The notes below the pieces were generated by a model. It made no database searches. It saw nothing but the letters and a program-made list of their open reading frames with translations, and was not told the origin of the DNA. A stretch of DNA of 16,187 bases, taken from NCBI GenBank assembly GCA_964014485.1, contig CAXHAT010000179.1, forward strand, positions 1 to 16,187, in the 5' to 3' direction. The first letter of the stretch is position 1. Each line of letters begins with the position of its first letter. The position numbers and the translations under genes are program-made. This document shows, piece after piece, positions 1 through 8,314 of this stretch. The stretch is from an uncultured Deferribacteres bacterium (GTDB lineage Bacteria > Zhuqueibacterota > Zhuqueibacteria > Zhuqueibacterales > Geothermadaptataceae).

Positions 1-27
1 GAATGACTTTGACAGGAGTTTCTTTGG
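1..27 (-). repeat. Partial copy of the REP/MITE-like element at 16054-16136, inverted and cut by the window edge
   Basis: The reverse complement of 1-27 (CCAAAGAAACTCCTGTCAAAGTCATTC) matches 16054-16080 (CCAAAGAAACTCCTGCTAAAGTCATTC) at 25 of 27 positions. Confidence 0.85.
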
Positions 28-48
28 TTTCATAGCTGGTGCGTAACA

Positions 49-861
49 TCAGTTATGAGAAAAGATGAGTGGATTTTCAGATGATTTGATGATTTCGCCG
101 ACCTCGGCGCCGGGGCAAAAAACGTCCCGATCCACTTCCTGGTTTTTATTGGCGGGTTTGGCCAAACGCATGTTCTCGTCCATGTAAATCACCGTCATCA
201 CAGCGCGCGGCGTGGATGTGTTGTTGGGGCCGGCGCGATGGTAAGTCCAACCTGCATGGAAACTGACTTCTCCGAATTCGTAAGGCTCCGCAATATTTTC
301 AAAATTGGCTTCACCAAGCGCTTTTTGCAGCTTTTCTTCGCTTTCATCGCTGATCGGCAAATCTCTGCCATACTCGAAATTCTGACTTTTGGCGGCAAAC
401 GACAATGCGCCCATCTCCACCGGCGTTTCTTGCAAAGGAACCCAGGCCGTGACGCATTTTTCCGTCGCCAGCGGCCAATACTGTTGATCTGCGTGCCAGG
501 GCGTAAAACCGCCGCCGGACTCTTTGTACAAAGCCTGATCATGATAAAGTCGCGCGCCGCTGACTTGCATCAAATCCGCGGCGATTTGCCCCAAACGTTT
601 GCCTAAAACGAATTCTTTCGTCAAGGCGCTTTTTTTCCAAAGATTGGTGATTTGAATGAAAGCGCGGTGGTAGGTGGAGCGCTCTTCAAGCGGCTGGGTG
701 CGCGGGTTCAATTCAATCACTTTTTCAGTGATTTCCTTGCCGTAGTAAGATAACGTTTCCGGCGACAAAACGTTCTTAATTTTGACAAAGCCGTTTGCGC
801 GGTAAAAATCGATTTGCTCCTGAGAAACGGCGAAAGGCTCGTTCAAGTCTGCATATCTCAT
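49..861 (-). CDS. Phytanoyl-CoA dioxygenase (PhyH) family Fe(II)/2-oxoglutarate dioxygenase
   Basis: 270-aa ORF with the N-terminal 'QIDFYRANGFVKIKNVLS' pattern, an HxD motif (TPWHADQQYWP), 'TAWVPL', a distal His (FHAGWTYHRAGPN) and a 2OG-binding Arg (PRAV). GAGG lies upstream of the ATG. Confidence 0.9.
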   Translation of the reverse strand: MRYADLNEPFAVSQEQIDFYRANGFVKIKNVLSPETLSYYGKEITEKVIELNPRTQPLEERSTYHRAFIQITNLWKKSALTKEFVLGKRLGQIAADLMQVSGARLYHDQALYKESGGGFTPWHADQQYWPLATEKCVTAWVPLQETPVEMGALSFAAKSQNFEYGRDLPISDESEEKLQKALGEANFENIAEPYEFGEVSFHAGWTYHRAGPNNTSTPRAVMTVIYMDENMRLAKPANKNQEVDRDVFCPGAEVGEIIKSSENPLIFSHN

Positions 862-981
862 CCTGCAACCTCAGCGATTTAAACACAAATTCAATTCGCC
901 GGGAAATAAAACATTTACAGGATGATTACAAACGCTTTCGAGCAATCAGAAAACAATTACAAGCTGATCAACTCTCTTTTG

Positions 982-1008
982 ATGGGATTTACTGGATCAA
1001 CCGGATTT
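982..1008 (+). repeat. Three degenerate 9-bp tandem units
   Basis: ATGGGATTT / ACTGGATCA / ACCGGATTT, in intergenic sequence. A related TTTACAGGAT occurs near 914-923. Confidence 0.45.
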
Positions 1009-1052
1009 ATCAACTGATGTTACGCACCAGTCTGATAACGTAACGACTAAAT

Positions 1053-1442
1053 AAAAACATTGCTTTTATGGCATTCTCGTCTCCGTGTACAAGCGTCAAT
1101 TATTGGCCGCTGGACGGCGGTGTTGCCAAAGTTAAAATCGTGGTTGAAAATGAAGGGTATTTGCCGACAAATATCACGCAGCGCGCCCTATAAGCCAAAA
1201 TCGCCAAGCCTGTTCGCATATCTGCAATGGTTAAAAACGGAAAATTGCTGACCGAGAATGAACGAGCGGAACTTGGGCATTTGTCCGGCTCCCGCGATTC
1301 ACAGGGATGGAGCGGTTCCGTCAATTCACGCCGCGAAATTATCTACCTTGTGCAAAAAATTGGAGAAAATTCATCTTTGACCGTGACCGTCAATTCTAGA
1401 AAAGGCGGCGTTGTCAAAAAAGAAATCAAGCTCACCAACTAA
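1053..1442 (+). pseudogene. Remnant of the C-terminal domain of an M14-like zinc carboxypeptidase
   Basis: The frame of ORF 1227-1442 extends upstream through a single TAA (1191-1193): ...PLDGGVAKVKIVVENEGYLPTNITQRAL*AKIAKPVRISAMVKNGKLLTENERAELGHLSG...VTVNSRKGG. This resembles the tail of bacterial M14 peptidases (VxNxGxLPT...KxxxPV...ELGHLxG...SxKGG). No catalytic domain is present. Confidence 0.65.
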
Positions 1443-2746
1443 CGCGCCAAAATCATTTTTCTTCGCTGAATATTATTGCCAGAACGCGCTTCGTAAATAT
1501 AAACGCCGCTGGCGACCTGGCGATTAAACGCGTCACGGCCGTTCCAGGAAATTTCGTGCTCTCCGGCTGACATTTGGCTTTCAATCATTGTGCGGACGGT
1601 GCGTCCAAGTGCATCGAAAATCGTTAGTTTTACGTGTGATGCTTGAGGCAAAACAAAACGAATTTTGGTTGAAGGATTGAAGGGGTTCGGATAATTCTGC
1701 GCCAGTTGAAAGCCCTTGGGCGGTTCGTTTTCTTCCACGGAAACGACGGGGTTGGTGTTAATCCCCAAATTCATCGCAGCGGCGATTCGCGACCAGTCGT
1801 AAGCATGGACGGTGCGGTCGGAATTGACGGCGTAGAACGAGCCTTGCGGCAAATTGGGCAACGGTTTTTGCGTCAGCGCGATTCCGTCCGTCCCAGTGGT
1901 CTCACCGGTGAAATTCCCGAGCCACTCGTTGGTTTTGCGGTCGAAAACTTCATACTCCGTCGGGCTCGCCTCTTGATCGGTAGCGATGAGATAGCCTTCG
2001 CCGCCGCCGAGATCATATAAAACCATGCCCTCCGGATCGTGGTTGAAAAGACCGTCGCCGATGCGTTCGACGAACTCGCCTTTTAAATCGTAAACCATAA
2101 TATTTTTTGTGTCGCCTTCGTCCGAGAGATAAACGCGTTCCCAGACGGGGTCGATGATGATCGATTCCAGCGATCCGTCCGTGAAAAACTGAAAATCAAG
2201 CTCGCCGCCGATTCCGTTTCCTGTCGGAAAAACGTCAAACACAAAAACGCGGTCTTCCGAACCTTCGTTGTCGGTAATCCAGATTTGCAGTTTGCCGTCC
2301 TTCCAGTATTCGGCGATTCCGTAAGGTTCTTCAACAACGCCCGCGCCGATGTGGCCAATAAACTCGCGTTCCGGTAAGGCAAAAGCCGAGATGCGCGCGT
2401 TGTCCCGTTCCACCGCAAATGCGACGTCTCGTACGCCTTGCCCGGTTTCCACGCCGTAGACGACGGCGACGCCGTTTGGATATTCCAATTCGCCTTCTCC
2501 TGTTCCGCCGCCGCCGATTCGCCCAACGTATTCGTTGGTCACCGGGTTATGCAACTCCAGATAGTTTTCCGTTTTATCGGTAAAAAAAATCAAGCTCTCT
2601 TGTGGGTTTGGGGCGACCCAAATCGCGACGGAATCCATCGTTCCATTGCCGTCGGGCGGCAGATTGGTTTCATATTCGATGGGAACGGAAACGGTAAGAA
2701 TTGTGGTCAAAAGGACTGTTGCCTTAGCGTGAAGCAGTGCGGACAT
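1439..2746 (-). CDS. Secreted beta-propeller phytase-like protein with C-terminal T9SS-type/FlgD-Ig sorting domain
   Basis: Phytase-like motifs: DSVAIWV..P..SLIFFTDK, EPYG, DPEGMVLY...GEGYLIATDQ, YEVFDR, TDGI, PQGSF. The tail reads LAQNYPNPFNPST...IFDALGRTVR...WNGRD...VASGVYIY. I prefer the ATG at 2746 (AAAGG upstream, hydrophobic stretch after) over the GTG at 2785. Confidence 0.8.
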   Translation of the reverse strand: MSALLHAKATVLLTTILTVSVPIEYETNLPPDGNGTMDSVAIWVAPNPQESLIFFTDKTENYLELHNPVTNEYVGRIGGGGTGEGELEYPNGVAVVYGVETGQGVRDVAFAVERDNARISAFALPEREFIGHIGAGVVEEPYGIAEYWKDGKLQIWITDNEGSEDRVFVFDVFPTGNGIGGELDFQFFTDGSLESIIIDPVWERVYLSDEGDTKNIMVYDLKGEFVERIGDGLFNHDPEGMVLYDLGGGEGYLIATDQEASPTEYEVFDRKTNEWLGNFTGETTGTDGIALTQKPLPNLPQGSFYAVNSDRTVHAYDWSRIAAAMNLGINTNPVVSVEENEPPKGFQLAQNYPNPFNPSTKIRFVLPQASHVKLTIFDALGRTVRTMIESQMSAGEHEISWNGRDAFNRQVASGVYIYEARSGNNIQRRKMILAR

Positions 2747-2924
2747 GAAGGTAGCCTTTCTTACGAAAATGTCAGTGAGACGCACGAATTCGTTGTCGCT
2801 GCAATTTTGCCAGCCTAAAAAAAGTGCGCCGATTGTTTTTGAGAAAGATTTAAGGCAATTGGTATGCCGCGGCCGCCGGCGAATTGTTCATGCGACGGCA
2901 GGTGCGGATGCGCCGGAAATGGAG

Positions 2925-5126
2925 TTACGAAATGGCGAGTTCCTCAGCGCGACGTCCTTCTACGCTCGTTCCGTGGAGAAGCTGTTTAACGAGAAAGCCA
3001 AGCTGGATGAAATGGACGGGCTTTAGAATGAATTCGTTAATGCCCATTTTTAGCGCTTTTTCGCGCGTCATGTTTTCACTGAAGCCGGTCATCAGGATGA
3101 TCTTGATATCCGGACGCACCAGCAAAATCTCCCGGGCCAATTCTTCCCCCGTCAAATCCGGCATGACTTGGTCCGTGATCACGATGTCAAAAACGTCAGG
3201 GTTTTTCTGGAAAGCTTCCAGAGCTTCCGAACTGTCCGAGAATGCCGAAACCTGATAACCGAAACGCTCAAAACACTGCTTGCCGATGGAAACAATTCGC
3301 TTGTCGTCGTCCACGAGTAAGATGTGCTCAACGCCTCGCGGCATTTCAGGTTCGTTTTTTATCGCCGGTTTTTCCCGGCCTTCTATCAGCGGGAAGAAAA
3401 CTTCGAAGGTCGCGCCCTTCCCCGGCTTGCTTTTGACAAGAATCTCGCCTTTATGGCCGAGCACAATTCCTTGCACGACCGAGAGGCCAAGCCCTGTACC
3501 TTCACCAGCGGATTTTGTGGTGAAAAACGGATCGAAGATGCGCTGAACGGTATTTTCATCCATGCCGCAGCCGGTGTCCGAAACGGTCAATCTGAGATAA
3601 TCTCCGGGCTTCAAATTTGGCGAGGCGGCGGCAAATTCGTCGTTGACTTTGAAATGATCGAGCTTGATTTCGAGCAGTCCGCCGGATTTTCCCATCGCAT
3701 GGGAAGCGTTCGTGCTCAAGTTCATCAAAACCTGATGAATTTCCGTGGCGTCGCCAAGAACCATCTCACCGTTCAGGTTGATTTCTTCGCGAATTTCTAT
3801 CGTTTTTGGCAAAGAAGCGCGGACAAGTTTCGTGGCTTCCTGAACAATGCCGCTCAGGATGATTGGAATGCGTTCGCGTTCAATTTTTCGGCTGAAGGTC
3901 AAGATTTGCTGGACGATGTCGCGCGCGTGGTTGGCGGCTTTTAAGACTTCGCCGAGGCTTGTGGAACTGGCGCTGTTTTCGGGCAATTCTTCCATCGCCA
4001 AATCGGTGTAACCGATGATTGCCGACAGAATGTTGTTAAAATCGTGCGCAATGCCGCCGGCCATCGTCCCGACGGTTTCCATTTTTTGCGAGTGCCGCAG
4101 CTGCGCCTCGAGCTTGGCTTTTTCTTCTTCCATCTGCTTACGTGCGGAAATGTCGCGCGCAACGATCAGAATGTAGTCTTCATTATCAAATTCTTTGAAA
4201 GAAACGAGCACTTCTACGGGGAAAATTTCGCCGTTTTTGCGCTTCTGCTTCCCTTCCGCCAAAGTGGCTTCATCCGACATGCGCACGTTTTCGACGCGTT
4301 TTTTCCAGGAAGACTTTCGCAAGTATTTCTTGGGTCTGTAAACGTCGTCAAAACGAAGTTTCAGTAATTCTTCATAGGAATAGCCCAATTGTTTGGTCGC
4401 CGTCCTGTTGGCGTCCACAATTTTGCCGTCGCGCAAATCCGTCACATAAATCGCTTCGCCGGATTGGTGCAAAATTGACCGAAAGCGCGCCAGCTTGTGC
4501 TTGGTTTTTTCCTGCTCGATGATGTTTCTCTGGTAGAGGAGGAAGTAAACGGCAAGAATGATGGCAAGCAGGCAAGAAACGATAGCGAGAAAATTGAGCT
4601 GGCTCCATTTGCTGGAAAGGGCGTCGGAGAGCGTGGCAAGTTTTGCTCTTACTTCCAGAACAACGCTTTTGACCTCGGTGATTGCGGCGGCCATAACGCG
4701 CTGAATCTCAACTTTTCCTTCCTGGAGCCGCCCGCCTTCCGGATTTAATACCAACAAGGCTGAGTGAATTTCATCCGTGCGGTCCATTTCGGAGCGAATC
4801 CGAACGAGAAAAGCGTTGAGGTCGACGTATTCGCTTGCGCCGTTTTCCAGGTGTGACAGTTCCTTCAGGAAATTGGCGTATGCAACGCGCCATTCCGATT
4901 CCACCGAATCCGCGGAAGCGCTCTGTTTGTAGTTCGCGGCAATGGCGCCGAGTCGTTCAATCGCGACTTCGAAGCGATTTAATTTGCTGATGAGGCGCAC
5001 ATTAACTTCAACGTCGCTGCGCAAGTTGTTGACCGAAAGGATAATCGAAATGCTCCAGACGATAAACAACAGCGGCAGAAGGAGCATGCCCCAGGTCCAT
5101 TTCGGGAATTTTGGTAAGTCTGCCAT
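2925..5126 (-). CDS. Membrane-bound hybrid sensor histidine kinase (2 TM, extracytoplasmic helical sensor, PAS, HisKA, HATPase, REC)
   Basis: H-box GGIAHDFNNIL, N-box QVLMNLSTNA, G1 DTGCGM, F-box FDPFFTTK, G2 GTGLGL. PAS motif IVDANRTATKQLGYSYEEL...RKNGEIFPVEV. Receiver LLVDDD...ITDQVMP...MTG...KP. Confidence 0.95.
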   Translation of the reverse strand: MADLPKFPKWTWGMLLLPLLFIVWSISIILSVNNLRSDVEVNVRLISKLNRFEVAIERLGAIAANYKQSASADSVESEWRVAYANFLKELSHLENGASEYVDLNAFLVRIRSEMDRTDEIHSALLVLNPEGGRLQEGKVEIQRVMAAAITEVKSVVLEVRAKLATLSDALSSKWSQLNFLAIVSCLLAIILAVYFLLYQRNIIEQEKTKHKLARFRSILHQSGEAIYVTDLRDGKIVDANRTATKQLGYSYEELLKLRFDDVYRPKKYLRKSSWKKRVENVRMSDEATLAEGKQKRKNGEIFPVEVLVSFKEFDNEDYILIVARDISARKQMEEEKAKLEAQLRHSQKMETVGTMAGGIAHDFNNILSAIIGYTDLAMEELPENSASSTSLGEVLKAANHARDIVQQILTFSRKIERERIPIILSGIVQEATKLVRASLPKTIEIREEINLNGEMVLGDATEIHQVLMNLSTNASHAMGKSGGLLEIKLDHFKVNDEFAAASPNLKPGDYLRLTVSDTGCGMDENTVQRIFDPFFTTKSAGEGTGLGLSVVQGIVLGHKGEILVKSKPGKGATFEVFFPLIEGREKPAIKNEPEMPRGVEHILLVDDDKRIVSIGKQCFERFGYQVSAFSDSSEALEAFQKNPDVFDIVITDQVMPDLTGEELAREILLVRPDIKIILMTGFSENMTREKALKMGINEFILKPVHFIQLGFLVKQLLHGTSVEGRRAEELAIS

Positions 5127-5501
5127 GATCTTGCCTGCTCAGACTTCTTGAGCTACCAGTTGATTCAGAACGATTGAGAAACGCCTTCACGCCGATAAAG
5201 TGCGTTCAAATTGCGTGTAAATCTGGTAGAGCTAAAACAGCTTCGGGCGCGATGCAGGGCAAAGCTGGAAAACCACCCCGGAAAAGTCAGAACGACCTTC
5301 GTTTCGGGCCGTTTCAATATCCGAATGAACGAAAGATCGGCGTGAAAAATTAGACTGACTGTAAACGTATAGAATTATATCAGGTGATCTCAATTGCGTA
5401 AAGATGTGTCATTTACTTAACCGCTCGCAGGCTCTTTTGCGGAAAAATCTTTACTTCCGGCAATTATTCTGAAGAGGCGGGGATGGATTTGAAGGTAGAT
5501 T

Positions 5502-5627
5502 GTAGGGATTGTCCAAAAACATAAAATCTTTAAAGCGATACACAACATGTCGTAGGGGTTCAAGATTTTGAACCCCTACATGCGGTATGTCTTTCATTCA
5601 GAAGCCATGTTTTTGGATAGCCCCTAC
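5502..5627. repeat. 126-bp MITE/REP-like palindromic element
   Basis: Terminal inverted repeats at 5502-5522 (GTAGGGATTGTCCAAAAACAT) and 5607-5627 (ATGTTTTTGGATAGCCCCTAC) match at 18 of 21 positions. A perfect 12-bp hairpin, GTAGGGGTTCAA-GATT-TTGAACCCCTAC, sits centrally at 5552-5579. Confidence 0.8.
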
Positions 5628-5646
5628 CTAATGCAGATTGGCAGGC

Positions 5647-6084
5647 TCATGATTTCTCGCAGTACGCTTTCCCTGAGTCCATGTCGCTTTCGACTCCTTT
5701 TGCGATCATGCCTTTGATTAGGGGATTCAAAAGCTTCGGCAGGAGTTTGTAGGCGCGCGCATCCATCGTCAGCTTTAAATCAACGCCGCCGTTCGCCGGG
5801 CTGACGGTAAAAATCGAATCCCAAATGGTTCCGTGGCTGTCCGCAACCAGGCGAACATGCTCATTTTCTACGTACTCCGTGACTTCCAGCTCCGTCGCAG
5901 CTTCCCGGCCTTTCATCAGCCGCGTCTCCCGGAAACGCGCTCCAACGCCGGACTTTACGTCTGAAAGAATTTCAATTTTGACGATGTGAGGCACGGCTTT
6001 CGAATAGCTGTCAATATCCGCGACAGTTTTAAAAACCGTTTCCACCGGCGCGTTGATGTTTTTTGTAATCGTGATTCGTGACAT
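5647..6084 (-). CDS. SRPBCC (START/polyketide cyclase-like) family protein
   Basis: 145 aa with 'ITKNINAPVETVFKTVADIDSY', 'GVGARFRETR' and 'EVTEYVEN', ending in an amphipathic helix. RBS AAGGGAGA. Confidence 0.9.
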   Translation of the reverse strand: MSRITITKNINAPVETVFKTVADIDSYSKAVPHIVKIEILSDVKSGVGARFRETRLMKGREAATELEVTEYVENEHVRLVADSHGTIWDSIFTVSPANGGVDLKLTMDARAYKLLPKLLNPLIKGMIAKGVESDMDSGKAYCEKS

Positions 6085-6114
6085 TTTCTCTCCCTTTCAA
6101 AATTAAACGTCATT

Positions 6115-7014
6115 CTACCAACGAATATACTTGTACATTAAACGAATCAGCTTGTAGCCTTCCGTCATGTTATTGGCTGTGTACTCCACCGTCGTCCCGT
6201 CGATCCGTTTCATACCGGGAATCGCTTCCAAAATATCAGCGCGGGTAGTGCTGGCAAAGCGCATCCGGATTATGGTCGGCTCAGCGGCCTTTAAAGACTT
6301 TGCATTCGCCAAATCTTTGAGAGCGGCCTGCGTTTGATTGCGCAAGCGTTGTTGAACGACGGACGGGTGGTAAAGCTTCGCCACCAATGAGCCAATCGCC
6401 TCTTTTGTTGCCACCGTGCGCGTCGGCGTCAAAACTTTGAACTGTTTTGTAAACGCAGAATCGCCGCTGGCAAGCACCACCGGCACACCGTGCGAACCGG
6501 CGTAGTAGGCGTTCATGCCGCCTTCCCCTACTTCAACGCCGTTGATCCAAACGCCCTTCACCGAACCGGAGCCGGTGTGCGTCAAAAAACCGTCTTTCGT
6601 TCCGGCACGCGTATGATAGCCCAGAAAAATTGCGGCATCGAATGTTTCGTCCAGGCCCTGAACCATGCCTAAAGGCTTGATGTTTCCCTGGATATATTGA
6701 ACCCGGCTGTCAAGATTGACGTGCAACAGATTTTGCATGTCGCCGTGAGAGTCGTTCACTAAAACTTCCGCCGGGCCGTGTTCAAAAATCGCCGCGACAA
6801 CAGCGTTGACTTCGTCTGTCATCAACTCGCGTCCGCGTGCATAATCTTTTCCCGATCCGCTGACCATCTTCCCCGTTCCAATGCCGCCAATTCCTTCCAT
6901 ATCAACGGAAATAAAGATTTTTAGAGGTCGATTTTGTGCCAGCGCTCCGGCGAAGACAAAAATAAGAAACACGAAAATCAACGGGAATTGAACCTGAGAC
7001 TTGCAGACTCGCAT
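6115..7014 (-). CDS. M55 family metallopeptidase (DppA-like D-aminopeptidase) with predicted signal peptide
   Basis: Motifs KIFISVDMEG, VNDSHG, FLGYH, LTHT, VGEGG, GVPVVLASGD and VATKEA. The true start is the ATG at 7014, preceded by a perfect SD (AAGGAGG) and followed by a hydrophobic leader ending ALA. Confidence 0.92.
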   Translation of the reverse strand: MRVCKSQVQFPLIFVFLIFVFAGALAQNRPLKIFISVDMEGIGGIGTGKMVSGSGKDYARGRELMTDEVNAVVAAIFEHGPAEVLVNDSHGDMQNLLHVNLDSRVQYIQGNIKPLGMVQGLDETFDAAIFLGYHTRAGTKDGFLTHTGSGSVKGVWINGVEVGEGGMNAYYAGSHGVPVVLASGDSAFTKQFKVLTPTRTVATKEAIGSLVAKLYHPSVVQQRLRNQTQAALKDLANAKSLKAAEPTIIRMRFASTTRADILEAIPGMKRIDGTTVEYTANNMTEGYKLIRLMYKYIRW

Positions 7015-7155
7015 AAAGTTTCCTCCTTTCTCAAAGCAGCCAATTTTCAATTTCAATATATTCCGCGTTTCGGTTTTTATTGCTATGTTATCGGACAATC
7101 GATACATATCGTGGCGCAAACTTTCTTTCAAATTCGGCGGCGGCAAGGATCACTC

Positions 7156-7950
7156 GTGCTTCAACTTAATAACATCGAAGTCATTTTCAACGAGGTCATT
7201 CTCGTCCTCAAAGGCGTTTCCTTAAATGTGCCGGACGGCGAAATCATTTGCCTGCTGGGCGCAAACGGTGCTGGAAAAACGACGACGCTCAAGGCCGTTT
7301 CCGGATTACTCAAGGAAGAGAACGGAAAAATCACGGACGGCGAAGCGTTTTTTAACAACCAACGAATCGACCAACTCAGCGCTGACCGGATTGTAAAAAG
7401 CGGTATTTTCCAGGTGATGGAAGGCCGCCGCGTCTTTGCGCATTTGACTGTAGAAGAGAACCTGCGCGTCGGCGCCTTTTCGCGCAAAAATTTGCGGTCA
7501 ATCGGCGATGATCTGGAAGAAGTTTACACCTATTTTCCAAAGCTCAAAACGCTGCGCCAGCGCACAGCGGGCTACCTCTCCGGCGGCGAACAACAGATGC
7601 TCGCCATCGGGCGCGCTTTGATGGCCAGGCCAAAACTTATGCTGCTCGACGAACCGTCGCTTGGGCTTGCGCCGATGCTGGTCGAAGAAATTTTTGAAAT
7701 TGTGAAACGCATCAATCGCGAGCAAAAAGTCGGCGTTTTGCTGGTGGAACAAAATGCGATGGCGGCGCTCGAAATTGCTTCTTTTGGCTATGTCATGGAA
7801 AACGGGCGCATCGTGATGGACGGAGCGGCGGAAGAATTGCGCTCAAATCCGGACGTTAAGGAATTTTATCTGGGCTTGACGGAGTTCGGAGAGAAAAGAG
7901 GGTATAAAAAAATTAAGCACTACAAGCGGAGAAAACGCTGGCTGAGTTAA
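7156..7950 (+). CDS. livF: LivF-type ABC transporter ATP-binding protein
   Basis: Walker A GANGAGKTT, signature LSGGEQQM, Walker B LMLLDEPSLGLAP, LLVEQN, and a C-terminal HYKRRKRWLS. The likely start is the GTG at 7156, after AAGGA. Confidence 0.9.
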   Translation: MLQLNNIEVIFNEVILVLKGVSLNVPDGEIICLLGANGAGKTTTLKAVSGLLKEENGKITDGEAFFNNQRIDQLSADRIVKSGIFQVMEGRRVFAHLTVEENLRVGAFSRKNLRSIGDDLEEVYTYFPKLKTLRQRTAGYLSGGEQQMLAIGRALMARPKLMLLDEPSLGLAPMLVEEIFEIVKRINREQKVGVLLVEQNAMAALEIASFGYVMENGRIVMDGAAEELRSNPDVKEFYLGLTEFGEKRGYKKIKHYKRRKRWLS

Positions 7951-7987
7951 TTTCTGTATTTTTGAACTTCAAACCACTGAACAAATT

Positions 7988-8314
7988 ATGCCGTTTATCA
8001 ATCTTGATCAATTAGAAGAAAAAGAACTTGTTCCCGGCTACAAGGTAAAGTTCGTGCATTCGGAAAATACAACGACTGCGTATTATCACGCAGCGGAAGG
8101 CGCTGAGTTTCCGGAGCATTCGCACCCGCACGAGCAAATTTCCAATGTCATCGAAGGCGAGTTCGAGCTGACGATTGACGGAGAAACGCAAGTTTTGCGA
8201 CCCGGCGTCGTCGCGGTGATTCCGTCGAACGCGGTTCACAGCGGCCGCGCCCTGAAGCCTTGTTACATCATGGACGTTTTTTATCCGATTAGAGAAGATT
8301 ATGCAAAAAGCTAA
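7988..8314 (+). CDS. Cupin domain protein
   Basis: Cupin motifs PEHSHPHEQISNVIEG and GVVAVIPSNAVHSG, with a C-terminal DVFYPIREDY. Confidence 0.92.
   Translation: MPFINLDQLEEKELVPGYKVKFVHSENTTTAYYHAAEGAEFPEHSHPHEQISNVIEGEFELTIDGETQVLRPGVVAVIPSNAVHSGRALKPCYIMDVFYPIREDYAKS

Noticed and set aside
795..1324. Short ORFs 795-1043, 1060-1251 and 1100-1324
   Set aside because: They have no recognisable motifs or RBS. The region is better explained as intergenic DNA plus the pseudogene frame.
6934..7155. Apparent head-to-head overlap of the M55 ORF (to 7146) and the LivF ORF (from 6934)
   Set aside because: An artefact of longest-ORF starts. The SD-supported starts at 7014 and 7156 leave a normal divergent intergenic region.
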